The notes under the pieces: model-generated
What the model saw: only the letters and a program-made list of their open reading frames with translations
The model's database searches: none
Told to the model about the DNA's origin: nothing
Position numbers and translations under genes: made by a program
Origin: a bacterium
GTDB lineage: Bacteria; Bacillota; Clostridia; Oscillospirales; Oscillospiraceae
Reading direction: 5' to 3'
Assembly (NCBI GenBank): GCA_963613665.1
Contig: CAVEAL010000008.1
Location: 14,943-78,942, forward strand
DNA length: 64,000 nt
Shown: one piece after another, positions 46,327 to 55,023 of the stretch
How the letters are laid out: each line of letters opens with the position of its first letter
Numbering within the stretch: the first letter of the stretch is position 1

Positions 46327-46617
46327 ATGAAAACCGGACTGACTAAACGGCAGAAAACGACCTGCATCTATTTTGACGAAGCCAGCAAAACCGTCGAAAT
46401 TCAGACGCATAATACCGCGCTCAAGAAGCGGCTGACTCAGTACGCGGCGGCATATCCTGATTTGTGCAGGCAGACCGACGATGACGAACGGGGCGGGCTG
46501 ACCTTTGAGATCGACCGCAGCCGATTTGCTGTCCGTCTGACCGCGCCGTATTCCGACGAGCGCCGACACGCGGCAAGTGAGCTTGCCAAGAGAAATGGAT
46601 TGAAGGGGCAAGGATAA
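46327..46617 (+). CDS. hypothetical element protein
   Basis: 96 aa with GGAGG ribosome-binding site, followed by a strong terminator. Confidence 0.45.
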   Translation: MKTGLTKRQKTTCIYFDEASKTVEIQTHNTALKKRLTQYAAAYPDLCRQTDDDERGGLTFEIDRSRFAVRLTAPYSDERRHAASELAKRNGLKGQG

Positions 46618-46620
46618 GGA

Positions 46621-46667
46621 AAAAGCCGCCCGCAGGAGTTTGAATGCTCCTGCGGGCGGCTTTTTCT
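46621..46667 (+). terminator. intrinsic terminator closing the backbone module
   Basis: agccgcccgcaggag-N8-ctcctgcgggcggct + ttttt. Confidence 0.85.
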
Positions 46668-46699
46668 TTGTTTTATAGCCGTCAAAAAAACCAAAATGC

Positions 46700-46728
46700 T
46701 TGACCGATTTCGCTTAAACGAATATAAT
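46700..46728 (+). promoter_or_regulatory. promoter of the defence cassette
   Basis: TTGACC-17-TATAAT. Shares cttaaacgaat with the sequence next to TTGACT at 40970-40990. Confidence 0.55.
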
Positions 46729-46764
46729 AAAAATGGTGTAGTATAGCACATATGCAGATATGAG

Positions 46765-46965
46765 GTGCAGTCTTTGAACGGATACATCACAGCTCAGGAA
46801 GCTGCTAAAAAATGGGGCGCAACATCGCGCCAAGTGCAAATTTTGTGCAAAGAAAACCGTGTCCCCGGCGCTTCACGGATGAGTCGCATTTGGATTATTC
46901 CCGAAGATGCCGAAAAGCCTACTAACGATAAGAGAAAGGTTGGAAGCACAAATGACCAATATTGA
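46765..46965 (+). CDS. small HTH DNA-binding protein (possible controller of the R-M genes)
   Basis: GTG start. YITAQEAAKKWGATSRQVQILCKENRVPGA is an HTH_17/MerR-like motif. Overlaps the start of the restriction enzyme gene by 14 nt. Confidence 0.55.
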   Translation: MQSLNGYITAQEAAKKWGATSRQVQILCKENRVPGASRMSRIWIIPEDAEKPTNDKRKVGSTNDQY

Positions 46966-49948
46966 AAAGCTCAGTGATCTTGCTAATCGTTTCCAAGCGA
47001 ATCTGGCTTACTACAAAGATGCTAAAAACAATTATAATGAACACTCTTGCCGGATTGAGTATATTGATCCACTTTTGAAAATTCTCGGCTGGGATGTAGC
47101 GAATGAAAAAGGGCTTGCCCCGCAATATAGAGAGGTAATTGCCGAAAACTATTCAACTCCTACGGATCGTCCAGATTATACGATGACATTAAGAGGCGTG
47201 GCTAAGTTTTTTGTTGAAGCAAAGAAGCCCGCAGCTGATATTACAAGAGTAACCGCTCCTGCTTTTCAAACAAGAAAATATGGTTGGAATGCCAATCATA
47301 GAATTGCCGTTCTAACGAACTTTGAATATTTGGCGGTATATGACACTTGCTATATTCCAAAAGAGGAAGATGGGTGCGCTGTAGCTCGCTATCGAATTTT
47401 TCATTTTACCGAATATGTAAGCAGATATGATGAGATTATAGCCCTCATTTCCAGAGATGTTGTTTATTCTGGTGAATTTGACAAATATTTAGATGATAAT
47501 TTCCCTGCGAGCGGCGGTGAGAAGCAGCAGGTCGATACGCTGTTTTTAAAACAAATCAACGAATGGAGAGTATCTCTGAGCAACGAACTTTATAGACAAG
47601 GTGGACGGTATCAGTCCCTTGAGGTTCTTAATGATGTTGTTCAGGAGTTTATCAACCAGATTGTGTTCCTTCGTATTTGCGAGGATAAGAATCTTCCGTT
47701 GTACCATAAACTCCAAGATACAGTTTCTGCTCCAGATCAGCTTCAAGCAAAGCTGGAAGAACTGTTCCGTTCTGCGGATCACCGTTACAACTCTGGCATG
47801 TTTTCCGGAGAAGATATTGTCTTTGATCTGTCCAGCACAGTAATCTCTGAAATGATAAAAGGGCTCTATTATCCGCAGAGCCCCTATTTGTTTAATATTA
47901 TCGAGCCAAATCTTCTTGGAAAGATTTACGAAATGTTTCTTACCGAGCAGTTAGTTATTTTACCTGACAGTACAATTGGGCTCGGCAAGAAAAAGGACTG
48001 TGTTAACAGATCAGTAGTCACGACGCCAACTGAAATCGTTAAATATATGGTTGAGAAGACGCTAAGCAGGGCGTGTGATGGAAAAACTCCAGCAGAGATT
48101 TTGAATATCCATATTGCAGATATTGCATGTGGATCGGGAATTTTTCTCGAAGAAGCATTCTCATATCTACAAGACTATTGTGTTCAGCAGTATCTCCTCG
48201 CTGGTGAGCAGGAACACCTGATTGAAATAGGAAATGGCTTATACAAACTACCGCTCGATGAAAAGAAACGAATTCTTTGTTCTTGTATTTATGGCATTGA
48301 TATTGATATTCATGCTGTAGAAGTGGCAAAATTCTCGCTTTTAATTAAGCTAATAGAAAATGAGACTGCCCCTTCTGTTGCAGATGAAACGCCTATATTG
48401 CCTGATCTAAGCCATAATATTCTTTTCGGAAATTCGCTCGTCAGTTCCGAAGAACTTTTAGGCATACAGGTATCAGATACAGAAATGATTGATTTGGCTC
48501 CGTTTGACTGGAACTCGATCAATAACGGCAGTCCTTTTAGTGTAATCATCGGGAATCCGCCCTATGTTAATACAGAAGGGATGCATGCTTTATTGCCTCC
48601 CCCGGAAGTTGAAATATACAAGAAGAAGTATAAGACTTCTCATAAGCAATTTGACAAGTATTTCATCTTCATTGAGCAAGCTGTGCGAAAGACTGAGAAG
48701 AATGGCTATATTTGTTATATTGTTCCAAATAAGTTCTTCAAAATTGGAGCCGGTGAAAAGCTGAGAACTCTGATTTCGAGGGAGCAAATGCTTGTAAGCC
48801 TCGACGATTTTGGCGATGCTCAGCTTTTTGAAGACAAAACAATCTATAGCTCAATTCTACTTCTTCAAAAAGCAAAGCAAAATACGTTCGTTTATTCAAG
48901 CATAGATTCAGCAAATAGGCTCTGGGGCGGAGAAGAAGTAAGCAGAATTGAATTGAGCTCATTTATTCTGAATAAGCTCCCGTGGCGGTTGACAACAGAT
49001 ATGGACTTCTTAGAGATGCTCCAGCGGTTAGATCAAGTTTCGGTTCCGCTCACAAAACATGCTGAAATCTTTAATGGTATTCAGACAAGCGCTGAGCGTC
49101 CTACCCCGATATATTGGTTTTCCTCGGATGACATCGTTGCTGAATATCAGGATACAGTTGAAATTCGCAGAGATGGTCACAATTACACGATTGAGAAGGC
49201 TTTGCTGCGTCAATATTTTAAGCCCACACGCCAAGATGAACGCGGTTTGAACTCTTACAGTATTTTACAGACGGATAAGAGAATAATCTTTCCTTATGAT
49301 GCTGCTGGGCATCTTATTCCAATCGATGAGATGAAGTCATCTTATCCTGGAACATATGCTTATCTTGAGGCACATTATGACCGATTAGTTCCGAAGAGTG
49401 TGTCCCAATTCGGTGTTCGTGATGTTCCCAATGCAACGGCAGATACGTGGTATCAATACGGAAGAACTCAAGCGCTAACTGCGTTCATTAACACGCCGAA
49501 ATTGATTGTTGGTGTATTAAGCAAGGATCCCATGTATGTTCTTGATAAGGACGATATCTTAATCGCTTCCGGTGGCACTGCAGGATACTGCGCTGTCAGT
49601 AAAAAGGCCGATAGCCCCTATGCGCTAGAGTATATTCAGGCGTGGCTGTCTAATCCAATTACTGAAAGAATTCTTGAGATTGTTGGCAGCGATTTTGAAG
49701 GCGGATTCATTGCACGAGGGACATTCGTACTTTCAACGCTCCCGTTTGTCGAACTTGATTTTGAAGATGCCGTGCAAAAGGGAATTTATGATCGCGTTGT
49801 TGAAGCTAGCAGAGAGATTTATGATATAAACGCTACTTTATCGAGCCAGCCGGCAAAGCGTATTTCAACATTGCTCCAAACCAGAAAAAGCGCATTGATT
49901 AAAGAAATTGAAGACCTGATAGAAAAAGTATATCATTTGGATTTTTAG
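46952..49948 (+). CDS. type IIG (Eco57I-like) bifunctional restriction endonuclease / N6-adenine methyltransferase
   Basis: N-terminal PD-(D/E)xK (RPDYTM...FFVEAKK). AdoMet motif DIACGSGIFLEEAF. Catalytic IIGNPPYV. About 998 aa from MTNIEKL. Confidence 0.85.
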   Translation: MTNIEKLSDLANRFQANLAYYKDAKNNYNEHSCRIEYIDPLLKILGWDVANEKGLAPQYREVIAENYSTPTDRPDYTMTLRGVAKFFVEAKKPAADITRVTAPAFQTRKYGWNANHRIAVLTNFEYLAVYDTCYIPKEEDGCAVARYRIFHFTEYVSRYDEIIALISRDVVYSGEFDKYLDDNFPASGGEKQQVDTLFLKQINEWRVSLSNELYRQGGRYQSLEVLNDVVQEFINQIVFLRICEDKNLPLYHKLQDTVSAPDQLQAKLEELFRSADHRYNSGMFSGEDIVFDLSSTVISEMIKGLYYPQSPYLFNIIEPNLLGKIYEMFLTEQLVILPDSTIGLGKKKDCVNRSVVTTPTEIVKYMVEKTLSRACDGKTPAEILNIHIADIACGSGIFLEEAFSYLQDYCVQQYLLAGEQEHLIEIGNGLYKLPLDEKKRILCSCIYGIDIDIHAVEVAKFSLLIKLIENETAPSVADETPILPDLSHNILFGNSLVSSEELLGIQVSDTEMIDLAPFDWNSINNGSPFSVIIGNPPYVNTEGMHALLPPPEVEIYKKKYKTSHKQFDKYFIFIEQAVRKTEKNGYICYIVPNKFFKIGAGEKLRTLISREQMLVSLDDFGDAQLFEDKTIYSSILLLQKAKQNTFVYSSIDSANRLWGGEEVSRIELSSFILNKLPWRLTTDMDFLEMLQRLDQVSVPLTKHAEIFNGIQTSAERPTPIYWFSSDDIVAEYQDTVEIRRDGHNYTIEKALLRQYFKPTRQDERGLNSYSILQTDKRIIFPYDAAGHLIPIDEMKSSYPGTYAYLEAHYDRLVPKSVSQFGVRDVPNATADTWYQYGRTQALTAFINTPKLIVGVLSKDPMYVLDKDDILIASGGTAGYCAVSKKADSPYALEYIQAWLSNPITERILEIVGSDFEGGFIARGTFVLSTLPFVELDFEDAVQKGIYDRVVEASREIYDINATLSSQPAKRISTLLQTRKSALIKEIEDLIEKVYHLDF

Positions 49949-49960
49949 TGAGGTATTCCC

Positions 49961-51589
49961 ATGAAGCTCAAGAAGGACAGTTCCGAACAGAAGTTACGAG
50001 GGGCATATTACACACCATTACAGCTTGCAAACGCTATGGTGGAGCTATGCATCTCTCAAAATATCCATACCATTCTTGAGCCGAGCTGTGGTGACGGTGT
50101 TTTCCTTGATAGTCTTAAGCAGCTATCGCTTATTGAGAAAATGAACTCTGTTGATGCAGTTGAAATTGAGTCAGATGAAGCAAGAAAAGTACAAAACAAT
50201 TACCTCGATTATCAAAATGTTCATGTTCTAAACGAGGATTTTTTTGAGTTCTACTCTCGGATGGTTAGTACCCAAAAGCAGTATGATCTGATTTTGGGGA
50301 ATCCTCCTTATATCCGCTATCAATATCTTACTGAAACACAAAGAGAACTTCAATCCAATATTCTTACCTCGCATGGGATGAAAGCGAACAAACTTATCAA
50401 TGCGTGGGTAGCTTTCTTGGTAGCCTGTGTTCAGTTGTTGTCTGAAAATGGAAGAATCGCATTTGTTATTCCAGCCGAAATTTTACAGGTAGCATATGCC
50501 GAAGATTTGCGTCTGTTCCTTTCTGAACATCTTGCAAAAATCACATTAATCACGTTTGAGCAACTCGTATTTCCCGATATTGAACAAGAAGTCGTAATTT
50601 TTATTGGAGAAAAAGGCTCAGTGGAAAAAGGTATTCGCATTATTGAGATGAATGACCTCTCTGACATTGAAAAACTCGATCTTCAGCAGAACGGATTTCA
50701 AAAGATGCAGCACGTGAAAGAAAAGTGGACACGATATTTCACAACTGCCAAAGAGATGGAACTGATTCAATCGATTCGTACAGATAAGAGATTTGCGAAA
50801 TTCGCCGATTATGGACTTATAAATATAGGTATTACTACCGGGAATAATGGTTATTTTTCTATTTCTGAAAAGACCTGTGATGAATATGATTTAGGAAATG
50901 TAACGCTTCCACTTATCGGAAGAAGTTCGCATGCTCATGGAATCTTCTTTACAAATGAAGATTGGGAAAAGAACAAGGCATCAGGTAAAAGGGCCAGACT
51001 AGTAAACTTTCCTGATACACCAATAGAAAACTATCCAGAGCGGCATAAAGCGTACATCGCATCGGGTGAAGAGGCTGGTGAAAATAAAGGCTATAAATGC
51101 TCAATCAGGGATCGCTGGTATATCGTTCCCTCCATATGGATTCCGGATGCTTTTTTCCTCCGCAGAAACAACTTATATCCCAAATTTGTCCTGAATCGCT
51201 GCAATGCTGTATCTACAGATACAATGCATCGGATGAAGTTCAATCCTAACGTGCAACCGGAAAATATTTTACTTTCGTACTATAATAGTATTTCTTTTGC
51301 TTTTACAGAAATATGTGGCCGGAGCTATGGCGGTGGAGTCTTAGAAATACTGCCCAGCGAAATGGGAAACATCATGTTGCCACAGATTGATAAGATTGAT
51401 CCACAGCGACGCGAGTTCTTGCTGTCGCAAATTGATGCCATTGTTCGAAAAAGTGAAGACATTGAATTAGCACTGGATATTGTGGATAAGGAAATATTAA
51501 TCAATATGCTCGGTATAGATCCGGAATGGTGTGCTTCTTTCCGCAAAATATGGAAAAAGTTGAGAAGAAGGAGGCTCGCCAGAGGGTAA
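49961..51589 (+). CDS. stand-alone N6-adenine DNA methyltransferase (M.Eco57I-like)
   Basis: GAYYTP, ILEPSCGDGVFL (motif I), ILGNPPYIRYQ (motif IV). 542 aa. Confidence 0.85.
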   Translation: MKLKKDSSEQKLRGAYYTPLQLANAMVELCISQNIHTILEPSCGDGVFLDSLKQLSLIEKMNSVDAVEIESDEARKVQNNYLDYQNVHVLNEDFFEFYSRMVSTQKQYDLILGNPPYIRYQYLTETQRELQSNILTSHGMKANKLINAWVAFLVACVQLLSENGRIAFVIPAEILQVAYAEDLRLFLSEHLAKITLITFEQLVFPDIEQEVVIFIGEKGSVEKGIRIIEMNDLSDIEKLDLQQNGFQKMQHVKEKWTRYFTTAKEMELIQSIRTDKRFAKFADYGLINIGITTGNNGYFSISEKTCDEYDLGNVTLPLIGRSSHAHGIFFTNEDWEKNKASGKRARLVNFPDTPIENYPERHKAYIASGEEAGENKGYKCSIRDRWYIVPSIWIPDAFFLRRNNLYPKFVLNRCNAVSTDTMHRMKFNPNVQPENILLSYYNSISFAFTEICGRSYGGGVLEILPSEMGNIMLPQIDKIDPQRREFLLSQIDAIVRKSEDIELALDIVDKEILINMLGIDPEWCASFRKIWKKLRRRRLARG

Positions 51590-51628
51590 GCATATATAGC
51601 GGTTTTATGTTATTTTAGAGGTGAGCAA

Positions 51629-52828
51629 ATGGGAAGTCGCGGACGTGATGCTGTCAGTACAATTAAGGGTTACTACTATCAGTTTGATCACTATATCCTT
51701 CAACTTCTTAGTCTTCAAAATGATAGTGACTCAGTGCGAATTGAAGGAATTGAAGATGTTGATATAATTTTGAAAGATACAATAAATGCTGTACAGTGTA
51801 AGTACTACGACGAAACATCATGTTCCCCCTCCGTAATAGGCAAAGCCGTTCGTCCTATGTTAAGACACTTTGCTGAAAATAAAGGCTACATGTATAAATA
51901 TAGTTTATACGGACACTACAAATCGGGTCAGGATTCAATTGTGCTGCCTTTAACAGTTGAATATGTCAAGGGAAAATTTCTTACTTATACTGAGCAAGGC
52001 ATTAAGCATAAACTTCATGTTGAGCTGAACTTAAACGACGCGGATCTAGAGACCTTTATAAGCCGTTTGGAGCTACAATTGTGTTCAGACTCATACGAAG
52101 GACAAATTGAAAGAATAATTTGTTGCTTGCAAAGCGAAATCCACTGCTCTGAGTATGATGCTCGGTATTTCTTTTACAATAACGCTGTTTCTTTTGTAAA
52201 GAGTATCGTTGTCAATAAAACCCCATCGGCAAGAACAATTACTAAGAAGCGCTTTATTGAGGCAATAAGTAAAAAGAAGCCGTTATTCGACAAATGGTAT
52301 ATTGAGTTTGTTGGCTTTGAAAAATACTACAAAGATGCAAGGAAAGAATTCTTCACTCAAACAAACATTTCGCCTAAGCATCGTTTCTTTCTTCTTGATT
52401 GCGACACAAATATAAATGATTCTGATTTATCTGCCATCATAATAAAGATTAGCGAAAAATGGAGCAAATTATCTCAACGAGAAAAAAGCCCATATTGCCC
52501 ATATATCTATCTTCATGGGATAACATCTGCACGCCTAGCAAGCGTAAAAAGAATACTACTTGAAAACGAGTTTCATATTTGGGATGGATATGAATTTAAA
52601 GATGCAGATTTTTCTCCAATCTCATTGGCTCGAGGGATAAATTATCATATTGGAATCAGAGCAAAAATTGTAAACAAGATTGACCAAATAAACCTCACTT
52701 TTAATGAGTGTCATGGGCAAAAGGAAATATTTCAGTTTTACTTAAATACTCGGTTTTATAATCGTACATCGGCGTTAGGAAAAGATATTCAAATTCAAAA
52801 TACTATTGATGTACTGAAAATAGTATGA
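51629..52828 (+). CDS. DUF4297/Cap4-like nuclease-domain protein (effector candidate)
   Basis: N-terminus TIKGYYYQFDHYILQLL...RIEGIEDVDIIL...AVQCKYY is a GYxYQ + E..ED + QxK PD-(D/E)xK-like signature. The remaining 300 aa or so have no recognisable motifs. Confidence 0.6.
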   Translation: MGSRGRDAVSTIKGYYYQFDHYILQLLSLQNDSDSVRIEGIEDVDIILKDTINAVQCKYYDETSCSPSVIGKAVRPMLRHFAENKGYMYKYSLYGHYKSGQDSIVLPLTVEYVKGKFLTYTEQGIKHKLHVELNLNDADLETFISRLELQLCSDSYEGQIERIICCLQSEIHCSEYDARYFFYNNAVSFVKSIVVNKTPSARTITKKRFIEAISKKKPLFDKWYIEFVGFEKYYKDARKEFFTQTNISPKHRFFLLDCDTNINDSDLSAIIIKISEKWSKLSQREKSPYCPYIYLHGITSARLASVKRILLENEFHIWDGYEFKDADFSPISLARGINYHIGIRAKIVNKIDQINLTFNECHGQKEIFQFYLNTRFYNRTSALGKDIQIQNTIDVLKIV

Positions 52829-52842
52829 TAAGGAGTTAGTAT

Positions 52843-54486
52843 ATGGTTACCGACGAACATAAATTGAGCGCAGAAGTAATTGCTGTTTTTCCGGATAAGG
52901 TAAGAATATCAGTAGATAGTATTGAGGATTTTTCGATTGCGGAAAATCAGTTGCGGGTCGGATCATATTTACGCATAGCAGATAATGATAACTCCGTAGT
53001 AATTGCTGTCATTGAAAACTTTACAATAGAAGTGGGAACGACATCAACGGGCGACGCTAGCCGTAAATATATTCTTGAAGCAAATCCTCTAGGTATTATT
53101 CGTAACGGAAGATTTGAACGGGGCAGCGATACATTAGCAATTCCCCCTAAAAAAGTTGAGCCAGCGAAGATAGAAGAAATACAGCAAATTTTCGAAGAAG
53201 CTCTCCCTGCTCAGAAAAAGTTCAGTTTTGCAAAATTAGCATCAGATCATACTATTTGTGTACCTGTTGATGGAGATAAATTTTTCAACAAGCATATTGC
53301 TATTGTAGGTTCTACCGGATCTGGAAAATCCCACACGGTTGCAAAAATAATTCAGCAAGCAGCAAGTGGAAAGGCAGGAGGATATGTCGGAATGAATAAT
53401 TCTCATGTAGTCATTTTTGACATACATGCAGAGTATAAGGCCGCATTTCCAGATGCAAAGCATATTGACATCACAAATCTGCGACTTCCCTATTGGCTGC
53501 TGAATAGTGATGAATTGCAAGAGCTATTTATAGATACAGAAGCAAATGATCATAATCAGCGGAACCTATTCAAGGAGGCGGTAGTCAAAAGCAAAAAAGA
53601 ACATTTTAGAGGAGATGATGTAGCAAAAGAAAAAATACATTTTGACTCGCCATTGTTGTTTGAAATAAATGATATATTAGAATTGGCGCGGTATAAGAAC
53701 ACTACCGAGCGAGATGGGACTCGTCAAGGGCCTCTGGTTGGAAAGTTGAGTAATTTTATTAGCAGATTTGAAAATAAATTGGCAGACAAGCGACTTGACT
53801 TTTTACTTGGAGATGAATCACGTGACACCTCCTTCGAAGATGTGCTTAAGAGCCTGATTGGCTATGGAGAGAGTAAAACTAATATTACAATTATAGATTT
53901 AAGTGGTGTCCCATTTGATGTTCTTAGCATTACCGTCTCGCTTATTTCAAGAATTCTATTTGAATATGGGTACTACTATAAACGTTTGCGGATTGCAGAA
54001 AACAATAATGAAAACGAAGCAAATGATGTTCCTTTACTTTTGGTTTATGAAGAGGCACATAAATATGCACCAAATAATGATGCTGCAAAGTATAGAGCGT
54101 CAAGAGAATCTATTGAGCGCATTGCAAAAGAGGGCAGAAAGTATGGGATTACTTTGCTGTTGGCTAGTCAGCGCCCATCAGAGATTTCAGAGACAATTTT
54201 CTCTCAATGTAGCAACTTCTTGGCATTGAGACTCACTAATCCCTCCGATCAGAATTATGTCAAACGCTTATTGCCAGATACAATGGGTAACCTTGTAGAC
54301 AGAATGCCTTCCCTGCGTGCAGGAGAAAGTCTACTGATCGGAGATGCTGTCGTGTTACCATCCGTTGTCCAAATAGATATGTGCGATCCAACTCCTGCAT
54401 CTACTGATATTCCGTATTGGCAATTATGGCAAGAACCTTGGCATGATTTAGATTTTGAAGCTATAAAAAGAATGTGGAGAAATTAA
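52843..54486 (+). CDS. HerA/DUF87-type P-loop ATPase
   Basis: IAIVGSTGSGKSHTV Walker A, PLLLVYEEAHKYAP Walker B, LLLASQRPSEIS. N-terminal beta-barrel-like segment (VIAVFPDKVRISV...IAVIENF). Confidence 0.8.
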   Translation: MVTDEHKLSAEVIAVFPDKVRISVDSIEDFSIAENQLRVGSYLRIADNDNSVVIAVIENFTIEVGTTSTGDASRKYILEANPLGIIRNGRFERGSDTLAIPPKKVEPAKIEEIQQIFEEALPAQKKFSFAKLASDHTICVPVDGDKFFNKHIAIVGSTGSGKSHTVAKIIQQAASGKAGGYVGMNNSHVVIFDIHAEYKAAFPDAKHIDITNLRLPYWLLNSDELQELFIDTEANDHNQRNLFKEAVVKSKKEHFRGDDVAKEKIHFDSPLLFEINDILELARYKNTTERDGTRQGPLVGKLSNFISRFENKLADKRLDFLLGDESRDTSFEDVLKSLIGYGESKTNITIIDLSGVPFDVLSITVSLISRILFEYGYYYKRLRIAENNNENEANDVPLLLVYEEAHKYAPNNDAAKYRASRESIERIAKEGRKYGITLLLASQRPSEISETIFSQCSNFLALRLTNPSDQNYVKRLLPDTMGNLVDRMPSLRAGESLLIGDAVVLPSVVQIDMCDPTPASTDIPYWQLWQEPWHDLDFEAIKRMWRN

Positions 54487-54653
54487 AGATAGAATTTTGA
54501 TATTGTTTAGCAAGAGCAACGGTGATGATTGATGGAACTACTTCTAAAATCATTTCGCCCCGCAAGTGTCTTCAAATCATAATAACTAACAGTCAGGTTG
54601 TTGGAATTAATTTCCTCTACGTCATGAAGCCTTCAACTCATATATCTCTGCTA

Positions 54654-54686
54654 TTGATAGCATCCCTTGATAGCTTTTTGATAGCA
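54654..54686 (+). repeat. three direct TTGATAGC(A) repeats in the right arm of the element
   Basis: TTGATAGCA at 54654-54662, TTGATAGC at 54667-54674 and TTGATAGCA at 54678-54686. The same 8-9-mer occurs twice at the left end (40177-40196) and once at 41233-40240 region (41233-41240). Confidence 0.85.
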
Positions 54687-54977
54687 GAAAGTCGGATACC
54701 CCGTAGGATTGGGATAATAGGTATCAAATTAAGCCAAATGGAATCAAACAGTCTATACAAAAAAGTTTAGACTGCGTTTCCACTTGGCGAGTGGGAATAA
54801 TAAACGAGAGCTTAAAAAGTCTGTTATATCAATGATTTCAGAGCCTCGGCTACCCGCTTTGATAACAAAATGATAACATCCTTTGAAGCACAATTATTCT
54901 TTACCCCGAGTGGCTTGCGGGTTATCAGAATATAAACAGTGTGGATTGAGACTGATGCAGCCGTATTATAAGACGAA

Positions 54978-55009
54978 GAAAGCCCGTACCGTTTTCGGTA
55001 CGGGCTTTG
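54978..55009. terminator. intrinsic terminator of the glycyl-radical operon (and probably of guaA in the empty site)
   Basis: aaagcccgtacc-gttttc-ggtacgggcttt. Confidence 0.8.
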
Positions 55010-55023
55010 CTGCGCGCTGCGCT

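Larger units (their letters stand above)
40172..54878. mobile_element. integrative mobilizable element (IME) inserted downstream of guaA, carrying a defence cassette
   Basis: Imperfect direct repeats cccgtttgatagcaaaatgatagca (40172-40196) and cccgctttgataacaaaatgataaca (54853-54878). Encodes integrase, Xis-like protein, XRE repressor, MobC-like protein, RepA-like ATPase and MobV relaxase. Composition drops to AT-rich from about 46.7 kb to 54.8 kb. Host-like housekeeping genes lie on both sides. Confidence 0.7.

Noticed and set aside
54522-54770. 82-aa ORF in the AT-rich tail after herA.
   Set aside because: It has no ribosome-binding site and its translation has no recognisable motif. It spans the TTGATAGC repeat array, which is more plausibly protein-binding DNA.
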